Shown here: piece by piece, positions 19,469 to 28,825 of the stretch
Numbering within the stretch: position 1 is the stretch's first letter
Layout: each line of letters opens with the position of its first letter
DNA from: an uncultured Bacilli bacterium
GTDB taxonomy: Bacteria > Bacillota_I > Bacilli_A > RF39 > UBA660
Length of the DNA: 52,265 bases
Direction: 5' to 3'
Assembly: GCA_944363995.1 (NCBI GenBank)
Contig: CALVVV010000001.1
Coordinates: 1 to 52,265 of the forward strand
The notes under the pieces: model-generated
What the model was told of the DNA's origin: nothing
Database searches by the model: none
The model's input: the letters and a program-made list of their open reading frames with translations, nothing else
Position numbers and translations under genes: made by a program

Positions 19469-21916
19469 TTAAATATTTTCTGTATAATTACATCCTTTAT
19501 GATAATTGGTACAACCGATAAAATCATAATTCTTTTTATTACTATGTTTTACAATCAACTCTCCATCACATTTAGGACATTTCTTGATTTCTTTTTTATA
19601 TTTTAAATTGTTTGTTTTAAAATTACATAATTCTTTATCATTAGAACAAACATATAAATTACTTATTTTAAAACTATTATATTTTCTAATTAAAGGATAG
19701 CCACACTTTGGACATACATGTGGTTTTTTGGATAATTTTATACCAGTTTTATTATATAAGGATACATGATTATATTTAACTATTTCTAAAATAAAATCTG
19801 ATGGCCTATTAACTGGTGTTAAAATATAAACTTTATTTTTAGTTCTAGTTAAGGCAACATAAAATAATCTTCGCTCTTCAGCAAATATAAACGATTTATC
19901 TTCCGCATTAATTATTTTCATAATTGGATCATCCTTAATTTGTGAAGGAAATCCATAAGTTCCATCATCACCATTTAAAATAATTACTTGGTCATAGCCT
20001 AGTCCTTTAGAAGAATGTGCTGATAAGAAGTCAATTTCAAAATTAGGAAATTTTTTTGATTTTATTTTATCACTACTTATTTCAGAAAAATCTTCGCTAT
20101 TAATTAAATAATACTTTTCAAAATTATATCTACCGATTAATAATATTTTTTGCTTATCACCAAATTTTTTTTGAATATCTTTTAAACAACTATTCAACAT
20201 ATTAATTTTATTTTTTAATTTATTAGAAGAATCATCATAAGCAATAACCATAACTGGATTAGTTAATTTTTTAGGCGATACTAATTTTTTCTTTATTTGT
20301 TTATTATTAGTCATAACAAACTTACCAGCCACATCAATTAATTGCTGACTATTACGATAAGTATGCGTTATTTGTAAAAGTGTTGCATACCCCATTAACT
20401 CTTTAAATTCGGTAAATAATGAAATATCACTACCAGCAAAAGCAAAAATACTTTGAAAATCATCACCAACCGCAATTATTTTCGCATCACTTACTTCACT
20501 TATTTTTTTAGTTAAGTTAAACCTTTGCATCGATATATCTTGATACTCATCAATAATTACATATTTATAATTTAATTTCGTATTACCTAATTTATAATAA
20601 GCTTCATTAATCATATCTTCAAAATCGATATAATTATTTATTTTTAGTTGTTCTTGATAATAATCATATACCCCTTCAACAAAATTTAAAAATAAATTAG
20701 TTCGTTCATCATTATATATATATTTTAACTTAGCAAAATCTTCTTTTGTATAACCCTTAATTTTAAATCCTTGAATAAAATTTAAACAAAATATTATAAA
20801 TCTTGTATAATAAATATCTTTAGATGTATCCGCTAATTTAGAATATATTTCAATATCTTTTTTGGGATTCAAAACTATATTATGTTTTAATAATTGTTCT
20901 TTTAAATCTTTTAGTAAATCACTACTTGAATATGTTTCAATTAAAGTTGTATTATTTAATTTATGAATTTTTCTTTTATTATTAATTTGATATTTATATT
21001 TTAAACTATTAAAGTAACCATATAAACTGTTATACCCATTTTTATTTAAACTATAATGTTCTAAATAAAATACTCTTTCTCCTTGATAAATAGTAAAATC
21101 AGGTAAATAAGTTTTACTTTTATCTAATTTTGGATATGGTTTTTCATATTCATAATCAATATTATTTAAGTACAAGAAATTAGCAATCATTACTTCTTCA
21201 TTGGATTTTAAAAATTCTCCTAAAATAGTATATCTTTTATTAGTTCTCTCATCGATTACTTGTTTATTATATTCATTTAATCTTGATTTTAAAGTAATAT
21301 AATCATTTCTTTTTTTATAATTAAAATATTCATTTAAACTATTAAATTTTAAAGCATAATTAGGTATATCAAAGTAAAAAACAAAAAACTTTAAAAACTC
21401 TTTTAATTTTTTATTATCATTACATAATTCTTTATCAAAATAATCTTTAACCAAATTATAAGAATTAGTTAATACTTTTAAATGTTCATCGGTATTACTT
21501 TTTAATATTTCAACTCCAAATTTATGGAATGTACAAACTAATGCAGGTATTTTAAAATCTTTATTGATTCTTTGTTTTAATTCGGATACTGCTTTATTAG
21601 TATAAGATATTAATATTATATCTTTAGGATCTACTTTTTTAATATCAACTAAAAATTTAACTTTAGCCGCCATAGTTGTCGTTTTACCAGCACCAGCTCC
21701 AGCTATTATTAAATTATAATCTTCATCAGTTAATATAGCTATTCTTTGTTCTAAATCCAAAACAATATTATCATCGATTCCTTTATACATATTATCAAAA
21801 TAATCTTTATATTTAATTAAGGCTTCTTTAATATAATTTTCATTATGAATTTTTACTTTATCGTAGTCTAAATTATATTTTTTTATATCTTTAACCGAAA
21901 TGTATTCAAAAGGCAT
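19469..21916 (-). CDS. UvrD/Rep-family SF1 DNA helicase with an internal nuclease-like insert and C-terminal topoisomerase-type zinc ribbons
   Basis: Walker A AGAGAGKTTT, motif II VIIDEYQD and motif VI FYVALTRTKNKVYI. The insert YLPDFTIYQGERVFYLEHYSL is PD-(D/E)xK-like. The C-terminus carries CPKCGYPL...C..C and CPKCDGEL...GCTNYHKGC. ATG 21916 follows the RBS GGTGA. Confidence 0.85.
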   Translation of the reverse strand: MPFEYISVKDIKKYNLDYDKVKIHNENYIKEALIKYKDYFDNMYKGIDDNIVLDLEQRIAILTDEDYNLIIAGAGAGKTTTMAAKVKFLVDIKKVDPKDIILISYTNKAVSELKQRINKDFKIPALVCTFHKFGVEILKSNTDEHLKVLTNSYNLVKDYFDKELCNDNKKLKEFLKFFVFYFDIPNYALKFNSLNEYFNYKKRNDYITLKSRLNEYNKQVIDERTNKRYTILGEFLKSNEEVMIANFLYLNNIDYEYEKPYPKLDKSKTYLPDFTIYQGERVFYLEHYSLNKNGYNSLYGYFNSLKYKYQINNKRKIHKLNNTTLIETYSSSDLLKDLKEQLLKHNIVLNPKKDIEIYSKLADTSKDIYYTRFIIFCLNFIQGFKIKGYTKEDFAKLKYIYNDERTNLFLNFVEGVYDYYQEQLKINNYIDFEDMINEAYYKLGNTKLNYKYVIIDEYQDISMQRFNLTKKISEVSDAKIIAVGDDFQSIFAFAGSDISLFTEFKELMGYATLLQITHTYRNSQQLIDVAGKFVMTNNKQIKKKLVSPKKLTNPVMVIAYDDSSNKLKNKINMLNSCLKDIQKKFGDKQKILLIGRYNFEKYYLINSEDFSEISSDKIKSKKFPNFEIDFLSAHSSKGLGYDQVIILNGDDGTYGFPSQIKDDPIMKIINAEDKSFIFAEERRLFYVALTRTKNKVYILTPVNRPSDFILEIVKYNHVSLYNKTGIKLSKKPHVCPKCGYPLIRKYNSFKISNLYVCSNDKELCNFKTNNLKYKKEIKKCPKCDGELIVKHSNKKNYDFIGCTNYHKGCNYTENI

Positions 21917-21969
21917 AATAATCACCAAAGTTATTATATATTAAATGTTCAAAAAAAGCAAAGCAAACA

Positions 21970-22048
21970 AAAAATGCACAATATTTTCAAAATACTGCGC
22001 ATTTTTATCTTTTTTATACCCTATTTTGCACAATCATTGTGCATTTTT
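21970..22048. repeat. 79-bp direct repeat, copy 1 (downstream flank of the Fic gene)
   Basis: Base-for-base identical to 23162-23240. It has 13-bp terminal inverted repeats (AAAAATGCACAAT ... ATTGTGCATTTTT) and the internal palindrome TGCACAAT-C-ATTGTGCA. Confidence 0.95.
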
Positions 22049-23113
22049 GCCAACAAATACATCATATATTTCTTTATATCTATATCCTAATTTAGCATGC
22101 GTTGAATCATTTACAATAATTCCTAAACTAATTAATTGTTCAATCAAAGTTGATATTGTATTTCTTGATACTCCTGTTTCATCTTCAATTTCTTTTTTTG
22201 TAAACACAATTTGATGCATCATTGCAGGCATTATGCGATAAACAGCATTACTATTTAAAGATTTAATTTTTTCCATATCTTTTTTATAAATTTTTTTAAT
22301 CATATTTATTTTAGAAATATAATTATTACATTGTTCGATTATACATTGTAAAAAAAACTTTATAAAACCAACAATATTTCCTTTTCTGCTTTCATTTAAA
22401 AATTTGTGGTAACTAGGTTTATACAACTCTAGGACCTCTGACAAGAAAAGAATTGGTTCTTCTTCCGTTAATTTTGCTAGTTGAATAGATATTAAAGCCC
22501 TCCCTAATCTACCGTTTCCATCGCGATAAGCATGAATTGTTTCAAATTGATAATGGGAAATAGCAAGATTAATAAAAATAGGATCTATAAATTTATCATT
22601 CATATATTTAAATAAATTATTAAGTAAAATTGGGACTTCTTCTGGAACTGGTGGTATAAAAATTGCTTCATTGATACTACAACCAGCTGGACCAATCCAA
22701 TTTTGAATAGTTCTTATTTTACCCGGTTCTTTTTCATTACCTCTTACACTATTTAGTAAAATTTTATGAATTTCATTAACAAAATAAATATTTATATCAT
22801 TGTTTTCAACTAAATAATCTTTTGCATAATCAATAACTTTTTTTAAATTTTGAATTTCTAAATTATCATCTGTTTTAGGCATATACTTTAAATAATACAT
22901 TTCATCTTGTGAAATTTGTGTACCTTCTATTTGAGTAGATTTTAAACTCTCACTTAATATTATGGAATCTAAAAAATATTTTGAATCAAATTCAACATTT
23001 TTTAAATAAAATTTATACTCACCATATTTATAGTTTGCTTCAGCCAATAAATTTAAAAGTTCTTTATCTATATTATAATTAATTGGTAGTTCATTAACTT
23101 TCATCGGATTCAT
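22034..23113 (-). CDS. Fic-family protein (AMPylase-type) with an N-terminal inhibitory motif and a C-terminal winged-helix-like region
   Basis: Fic motif HAYRDGNGRLGR and inhibitory-helix-like STQIEG. ATG 23113 follows the RBS GGGTGA; the track start lies inside the repeat. The last 4 codons plus the stop lie in repeat copy 1. Confidence 0.9.
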   Translation of the reverse strand: MNPMKVNELPINYNIDKELLNLLAEANYKYGEYKFYLKNVEFDSKYFLDSIILSESLKSTQIEGTQISQDEMYYLKYMPKTDDNLEIQNLKKVIDYAKDYLVENNDINIYFVNEIHKILLNSVRGNEKEPGKIRTIQNWIGPAGCSINEAIFIPPVPEEVPILLNNLFKYMNDKFIDPIFINLAISHYQFETIHAYRDGNGRLGRALISIQLAKLTEEEPILFLSEVLELYKPSYHKFLNESRKGNIVGFIKFFLQCIIEQCNNYISKINMIKKIYKKDMEKIKSLNSNAVYRIMPAMMHQIVFTKKEIEDETGVSRNTISTLIEQLISLGIIVNDSTHAKLGYRYKEIYDVFVGKNAQ

Positions 23114-23130
23114 CTTTATCACCCGAGTTA

Positions 23131-23159
23131 ATAATATCATATAAATGACCATTTGTAAA
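23131..23159 (-). promoter_or_regulatory. Sigma-A-type promoter for the Fic gene
   Basis: On the minus strand: TTTACA (23159-23154), a 17-nt spacer, then TATTAT (23136-23131). It sits between repeat copy 2 and the Fic RBS. Confidence 0.45.
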
Positions 23160-23161
23160 TC

Positions 23162-23240
23162 AAAAATGCACAATATTTTCAAAATACTGCGCATTTTTAT
23201 CTTTTTTATACCCTATTTTGCACAATCATTGTGCATTTTT
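23162..23240. repeat. 79-bp direct repeat, copy 2 (upstream flank of the Fic gene; overlaps the 3' end of the MBL hydrolase gene)
   Basis: Identical to 21970-22048. Contains the last 4 codons (KNAQ) and the TGA of the MBL-fold hydrolase gene. Confidence 0.95.
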
Positions 23241-23756
23241 AAAATAAATATTATTTTCTTTTTCATAACCCAAATTAGTTATTTCACCATGACCAGGATA
23301 TAATATTATATCATTAGGATATTTTTTTATTTTGTTAATTGATGCAATCATATCTGATTTATTACTATTTTCAAAATCAATTCTACCGATAGAATCTTTA
23401 AATATAAAATCACCAACAAACATTATTTTTTCTTCTTCAAAATAAATAGTAATACAAGTATCATCATGACCTTTTGTATAAATAATTTTAAATTTAAAAT
23501 CATTGATAGTATATTCTTTTTCTTCTAATTTATAATCATATATTTTTACTTTATATTTATTAATTAATTCTTTTAAAGCTCCAATATGATCAAAATGATA
23601 ATGCGTAATAATAATTCCAACTGGTTTTAAATTACCAATTTCATTTATAATTTTGTCTACTTCATCACCGGGATCAATTATTAAACATTCGTTATTAATA
23701 CTTACAATATAACAATTTGTTTCTAAAAATCCAACCTTAACTGTTTGTACTTTCAT
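23226..23756 (-). CDS. MBL-fold metallo-hydrolase
   Basis: ITHYHFDHIG is the HxHxDH motif, with downstream His/Asp ligands (GHDD, GHG). Confidence 0.85.
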   Translation of the reverse strand: MKVQTVKVGFLETNCYIVSINNECLIIDPGDEVDKIINEIGNLKPVGIIITHYHFDHIGALKELINKYKVKIYDYKLEEKEYTINDFKFKIIYTKGHDDTCITIYFEEEKIMFVGDFIFKDSIGRIDFENSNKSDMIASINKIKKYPNDIILYPGHGEITNLGYEKENNIYFKNAQ

Positions 23757-24221
23757 TTATATCTCCTTTTTTAATTTATATTCTGCTAATTTATAACCTA
23801 TATTTTTATATAAATTGTAAGCATCAATATTATCTTTAAATACTGATATTTCAACAATTTTAACATTACTTTCTTTACACCAATTATAAAATTTATTTAT
23901 TAAAGATGTCGCAATACCTTTTTTACGATAATTTTCTAATACATATAAAGCATCTATTTGCGTCACACTATCAAATACAAAGTTACTTTGTTCATATTTT
24001 ATATATCCATAAATAAAACCTACTGGCTTTTCATTATCATAAGCTATATATAAGATATTATTATCTTTATTATACAAATTGACATAATTGTTTGTTACAA
24101 CAAAACTTTCTTTAATATTTTTATCATATTTTCTTTCTGATTGTACTAATTTAGTTAATAAAATATCACATTCTTTAGCCATTTCTTCATTAATTACTTT
24201 TTTTATTTCAACCATAATCAT
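23757..24221 (-). CDS. GNAT-family N-acetyltransferase
   Basis: YRKKGIATSLINKF is the acetyl-CoA binding motif. Start chosen at ATG 24221, which overlaps the upstream stop (ATGA). Confidence 0.85.
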   Translation of the reverse strand: MIMVEIKKVINEEMAKECDILLTKLVQSERKYDKNIKESFVVTNNYVNLYNKDNNILYIAYDNEKPVGFIYGYIKYEQSNFVFDSVTQIDALYVLENYRKKGIATSLINKFYNWCKESNVKIVEISVFKDNIDAYNLYKNIGYKLAEYKLKKEI

Positions 24222-25096
24222 TCTTCTAATAACCAATCTATAATATTTTTATGAATTATTCCATTTTGGGAATAATCTTTTTTATCAAGTGATAAAACAT
24301 ATTTTGGATAATCATCTATAATATTGTTAAATGCTCCAAACTCTCTTTCAATAACTTTATCATCATTAAGTAAATAAGATACTTGATAATATTCTTTTTT
24401 ATCTTCTTTTGTTGCAATAAAATCTATTTCACCAGTTTTTGTTTTACCAATAAATACATCATATCCTCTGATTAATAATTCATTATATATAACATTTTCA
24501 ATGGCAAATCCCTTATTTATTTCAAAATTATTGTTTTTAATTTGGGCAATTCCTAAATCAGTCATATAATATTTATTTAAAGTTTTAAGAATTTTTTTTC
24601 CATGAATATCATAACGGTGTATTTTTTTTATTATTAAAGCTTTACAAAGAGCATCTAAATAAGATAAAGGATATATATTAAATAAAACATATCTTCCCGA
24701 TAAAACTGTCGATAATTCAAAAGATAATAATTTACTATTTGAGCCAGTTATAAATATACTTACGTTTTTTATAGAAGCTCTAATTGAATTTACAACTTCT
24801 TCAAATTTTTCAACTTTTTGAATTTCATCTAAAAATATATAATATTTTTTTTCATCTTTTATTTTTTCTTTAATATATTTATTCAATTCTTTATAATTTT
24901 TTAAATCTTCATACTCTATATATTCAAAATTAATCCAAATAATATGGTCATCAGAAACACCTTTTTCTTTTATTTCATCAATTATTTGATTTAAAATTAC
25001 CGATTTGCCGCATCTTCTAATGCCTACTAATATTTTTATTAAATCACTATCATAAAATCCTCTTATTCTTGATAAATAATTTTCTCTCTTCAACAT
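24218..25096 (-). CDS. AAA ATPase (AAA_14 + DUF4143 type), apparently carrying an internal in-frame deletion
   Basis: RRCGKSV is the Walker A and YIFLDEIQ the Walker B. The C-terminal RYDIHGKKILK...EIDFIA is the DUF4143 pattern. The product is only about 292 aa, against about 400 expected by my memory of the family. The region between YPLSYLD and the DUF4143 core is missing. Confidence 0.65.
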   Translation of the reverse strand: MLKRENYLSRIRGFYDSDLIKILVGIRRCGKSVILNQIIDEIKEKGVSDDHIIWINFEYIEYEDLKNYKELNKYIKEKIKDEKKYYIFLDEIQKVEKFEEVVNSIRASIKNVSIFITGSNSKLLSFELSTVLSGRYVLFNIYPLSYLDALCKALIIKKIHRYDIHGKKILKTLNKYYMTDLGIAQIKNNNFEINKGFAIENVIYNELLIRGYDVFIGKTKTGEIDFIATKEDKKEYYQVSYLLNDDKVIEREFGAFNNIIDDYPKYVLSLDKKDYSQNGIIHKNIIDWLLEE

Positions 25097-25160
25097 ATTA
25101 ATCACCAATATCATTTTATATCATTATTTTGTCAAGTTATTTCTTGTTTCCGAAATAATT

Positions 25161-26039
25161 TTAAATAACAACATCTTTAAATATTTCTTTAATTATTTTT
25201 TCTTTCAAATCAATTGGTATTGGACTACCTGATGCATTAAAATGTCCGCCACCATGATATTTTTTAGCTATAATGCTTAAATCAACTTTATCTTTACCAC
25301 GGTAACTAATACTTTTATCAACATTAATTAATATTACATAATCTAAATAATCATATTTATTAACTAAATAATTACCTAATTCACTTATGTTTCGTTCAGC
25401 AAATACTACTCCTACTTTTTTATTATCTAATGTTATTTCAATTATTTCTTTTTCTTCGATATATCTTTTTATTCTTAAATTTTCTAGTTCAATTAAATTT
25501 AAATCTTCCCTACTATATAATTCTTTATCATTAATTATTACATCATAAAATTTATTAATAAATAATTCCCGACCATATATTTTAAATAGTACAACAATAT
25601 TATTAGCTTCTTCCTTAGAGGTAATACTAAAATCATAAGTATCCATTGTTCTTACGTGTTCAACTAATTTTTTAGTTACATTTTTATCTAATAAGTCATT
25701 ATAATAATTTTCGAATAAATATTTATAATATAAAGAAGTACCTGATTGTTTAATATTATCAAAATCAACTACTTTAATAAAAGGATACTTATTCATATTT
25801 ATATTACTTATATGATGATCAAAAACTAAAACATTTTTATTGTTATTTAAAATATAATTAGCTGTTTCTTCATTGATATTTAAATCAACTACAATAATTT
25901 CTTCATCGATATTATCCATTACATATTTATCTACTTCATCAATATCCGATAATATATATTTAAAATCTTTAAATACTAATTTTGATAAAATAATTGGCGT
26001 TACACCATCGGGATCTCCTTTGTGACTAATTATTAGCAT
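25161..26039 (-). CDS. DHH/DHHA1 phosphoesterase, NrnB-like (putative oligoribonuclease)
   Basis: SHKGDPDGV, VFDHH and YHGGGHFNASG motifs. Overlaps rnhB by 14 nt. Confidence 0.75.
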   Translation of the reverse strand: MLIISHKGDPDGVTPIILSKLVFKDFKYILSDIDEVDKYVMDNIDEEIIVVDLNINEETANYILNNNKNVLVFDHHISNINMNKYPFIKVVDFDNIKQSGTSLYYKYLFENYYNDLLDKNVTKKLVEHVRTMDTYDFSITSKEEANNIVVLFKIYGRELFINKFYDVIINDKELYSREDLNLIELENLRIKRYIEEKEIIEITLDNKKVGVVFAERNISELGNYLVNKYDYLDYVILINVDKSISYRGKDKVDLSIIAKKYHGGGHFNASGSPIPIDLKEKIIKEIFKDVVI

Positions 26040-26655
26040 CTAATACCTCCTTTACTGGACCATATGTTTTTCTATATCCGTCAATTAAACCATATTTATG
26101 GATTGCTTCAATATGTTTTTTCGTAGGATACCCTTTATGGGAAGCAAAACCATACATCGGATATTTTTTATCTAATTCATACATCATATTATCACGTGCT
26201 ACTTTAGCAACGACACTAGCAGCAGCAATCGAAATACTTTTAGCGTCACCCTTAATAATACTAGTAGTTGGAATATCTAAATTTATCGGCATAGCATCAA
26301 TTAAAACATGCTCTAAATTAATTTGTTCTCTTACTTTATTTATAGCTATAATCATCGCTTTTCTACTTGCTTCATAAATATTTATTTCATCTATTTCTTC
26401 TGGTGATACAATACCTATGGCATATGCTACACAATGATTAACTATATAATCATAAAATAAATTTCTTTTTTTCTCAGATAATTTTTTTGAATCAGTTAAT
26501 CCTTCTAAAATAAAATCTTTAGGTAATACAACACAACTAGCAACAACTGGTCCGATTAAAGGACCACGTCCTACTTCATCTACACCCCCAATATATTTAA
26601 TACCTTTATCATATAATTCATTTTCATATTCATATAAATTCATTTTATTTACCAT
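26026..26655 (-). CDS. rnhB: Ribonuclease HII
   Basis: GVDEVGRGPLIGPVVA and DSKKLSEKKR motifs. The start could be ATG 26655 or ATG 26643. Confidence 0.92.
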   Translation of the reverse strand: MVNKMNLYEYENELYDKGIKYIGGVDEVGRGPLIGPVVASCVVLPKDFILEGLTDSKKLSEKKRNLFYDYIVNHCVAYAIGIVSPEEIDEINIYEASRKAMIIAINKVREQINLEHVLIDAMPINLDIPTTSIIKGDAKSISIAAASVVAKVARDNMMYELDKKYPMYGFASHKGYPTKKHIEAIHKYGLIDGYRKTYGPVKEVLDANN

Positions 26656-26657
26656 TC

Positions 26658-27668
26658 TTATTTTAAAATATAATAAGTATTCTTTCCCTTTCCTTTTGGT
26701 ATAATAATTTCTTTCTTAATCATATTGCTAATGACTTGCTTTGCTCTTGTATGTGAAACACCTGAATATAAATCTTCTATATTAAGACCTTTAATAAGTC
26801 CGCCTAAAGATGTTATTTCAATATGATTATCATATAATGAAATTAAAATACTCCCCGTAAAATTATAATCACGACGAATTACAGCATTTAATATTGATTC
26901 TCTTAAAGCATATTCAGGATAATCTCTTGTATCAACTCTTTTAAGTCCTATTATTTCACTTGAAATTCTATTATATATATTTAAATAATCAGTTACTTCA
27001 TTAACTTGTTTTATTAAGCAACCGAAAAACTCTTTCCTATCTTTAAATTTAATATCATTTTTTCCTTCAAAAATTGCACATTTAATTGAATATGGACATT
27101 CGTCCGATAATAGTAATCCTAAATTGGTATATTTATCATCCAAATTAACCATATTAAAATTTTTTAATATATTTTTATTAATTTCGATATTATTATTTTT
27201 TAAAACTTCACCAAAATAAACAAAGTGCAAATCTTGCTTATTAGAAACAAATTCTTCAAAATTAATATTTTGACTATCAATAATCATTTTTTTATTATTT
27301 CATCAGTTGTTGGAACACTAGTATTACCTATTCTCAAATAAACGCCATATTATTTAAGACCTTTATCACTTAAATAATATGGTTTATTTGGAGCATTATA
27401 TATTTCTAATAAAATTATATCTTTATCATTAATTTTTTCTTGTTTTATATTCGTATACAAAGTCAAATCAGAACTAATACCATCTTTTATCATACTACTT
27501 AATGTTTCTATGTCATTTTTTATATTTTCTAATCCTATCACATTTCCATTATCATCTATTCCAATAAATATTTTCCCACCACCAGAATTAGCAAAGGCAA
27601 CTATTTCTTTTTTTTACATCTTTAGTCAAAATACTTTTTAATTCAGTATATTCATCTTCTACATACAT
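26658..27668 (-). pseudogene. Disrupted AlbA_2/Schlafen-type putative DNA-binding protein gene (RecG-like C-terminal wHTH family)
   Basis: ATG 27668 follows the RBS GGGTGA and gives MYVEDEYTELKSILTKDVKK. The frame is lost in a T9 run (+ strand, about 27608-27617). The frame resumes with EIVAFANSGGGKIFIGIDDNGNVIGLEN. An in-frame TAA follows at 27350. A second frameshift lies in a 7-nt homopolymer at about 27288-27294. The C-terminal part is also shorter than expected. Confidence 0.7.
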
Positions 27669-27721
27669 TTAATTATCACCCTAGTAATAGTATATCCAAA
27701 TTTTTATTTTTTTTCAATATA

Positions 27722-27742
27722 TTCGGTCACTTTTCGGTCACT
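27722..27742. repeat. Tandem direct repeat TTCGGTCACT x2 with an 11-bp period
   Basis: TTCGGTCACT at 27722-27731 and again at 27733-27742, in the divergent intergenic region. It is locally GC-richer than its surroundings. Confidence 0.8.
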
Positions 27743-27841
27743 GTAAAATTTTTTATTGTTTTAAAATTTACTATTACACGAAAATTTTTTTTGTGCGATA
27801 GTTAAAAAGTAAATAGTCTATATATATCAACTATATTAGGT

Positions 27842-28825
27842 ATGGCTATTGGTTCACAACCGATTATTGGATATAACTATGGAGCGGGAAATTATAAAAG
27901 AGTTAAAGAAGTACTTAGAAAAGTATTCTTAATTAGTTTTATTGCTGGTTTAATATTTAATTTAATATTCTATATTTTTCCAGAACAAATAACTAATTTA
28001 TTTATAACTAAAAGTGATCCAAATTATAATTTAGTTTTAGAATTTTCAATTGATTTTTTTAGAATATTCTTAATGTTAATATGTATAAATATTTTTGAAA
28101 TGTGTTCAAGTATTACAATTCAATCATTAGGTAATATTAAAAAATCAACTTTAGTATCATTTACAAGACAAATAATTTTATTTATTCCACTTGCTATTAT
28201 ATTATCAAATATATTTGGTTTATATGGAGCATTATATGCAGGACCACTGGCCGATGGAATTTGTTTTATAATTGTTATCTTTGTCTTTTATTCAGAATAT
28301 CATAAATTAACTTTATTAGAAAATACTAAACAAACTATAACTAAAGATGAAGAAATTAAAACTAAATCAATTTTATCTAAATCAATTGTTATAACTATTG
28401 CTCGTGAATATGGTTCTGGTGGTAGATATGTTGGCAAATTATTAGCTCAATCTTTAGGAATACCTTTTTATGACAAAGAATTAATTAGATTAACTGCTAA
28501 AGAATCAGGATTTACCGAAAAATATATTGAAGAAAATGAACAAACTAAAAAATCATATTATCAAAATGATGACAATATTTTCTTGGCTGAAAGTAAAGTA
28601 ATTAAAAAAATAGCTAATGATTCATGTGTTATTATTGGTAGATGTGCAGATTATATATTAAGAAATAAAGATAATATTTATAATATATTCTTATATAGTG
28701 ATAAAAAAGAACAAAGAGTTATTAAATATTATGGAATAAAGAAAAATGAAGCAAAAAAAACTATTGAAAAAATCAATAAAGAACGATCTAAACATTATAA
28801 ATTCTATACTAATAGTAATTATTAA
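27842..28825 (+). pseudogene. 5'-truncated MATE efflux transporter fused to a cytidylate-kinase-like domain (fragment A)
   Basis: The ORF begins in the middle of a MATE protein (QPIIGYNYGAGNYKRVKE, second half). It runs through about 5 TM helices into IAREYGSGGRYVGKLLAQSLGIPFYDKELI, which is cytidylate-kinase-like. It lacks about 280 N-terminal residues and the last about 35 residues. Confidence 0.7.

Noticed and set aside
21945-22214. 89-aa + strand ORF spanning repeat copy 1 and the Fic 3' end; also the 29102-29308 minus-strand ORF
   Set aside because: Both are antisense to better-supported coding frames and have no motifs. The first owes its start region to the repeat sequence.
21970-23240. 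Interpreting the 79-bp repeats as integron attC sites
   Set aside because: No intI-type integrase, attI or cassette array is visible, and I do not see the R''/R' core sequences (RYYYAAC/GTTRRRY). The resemblance is kept only as an analogy in the finding.
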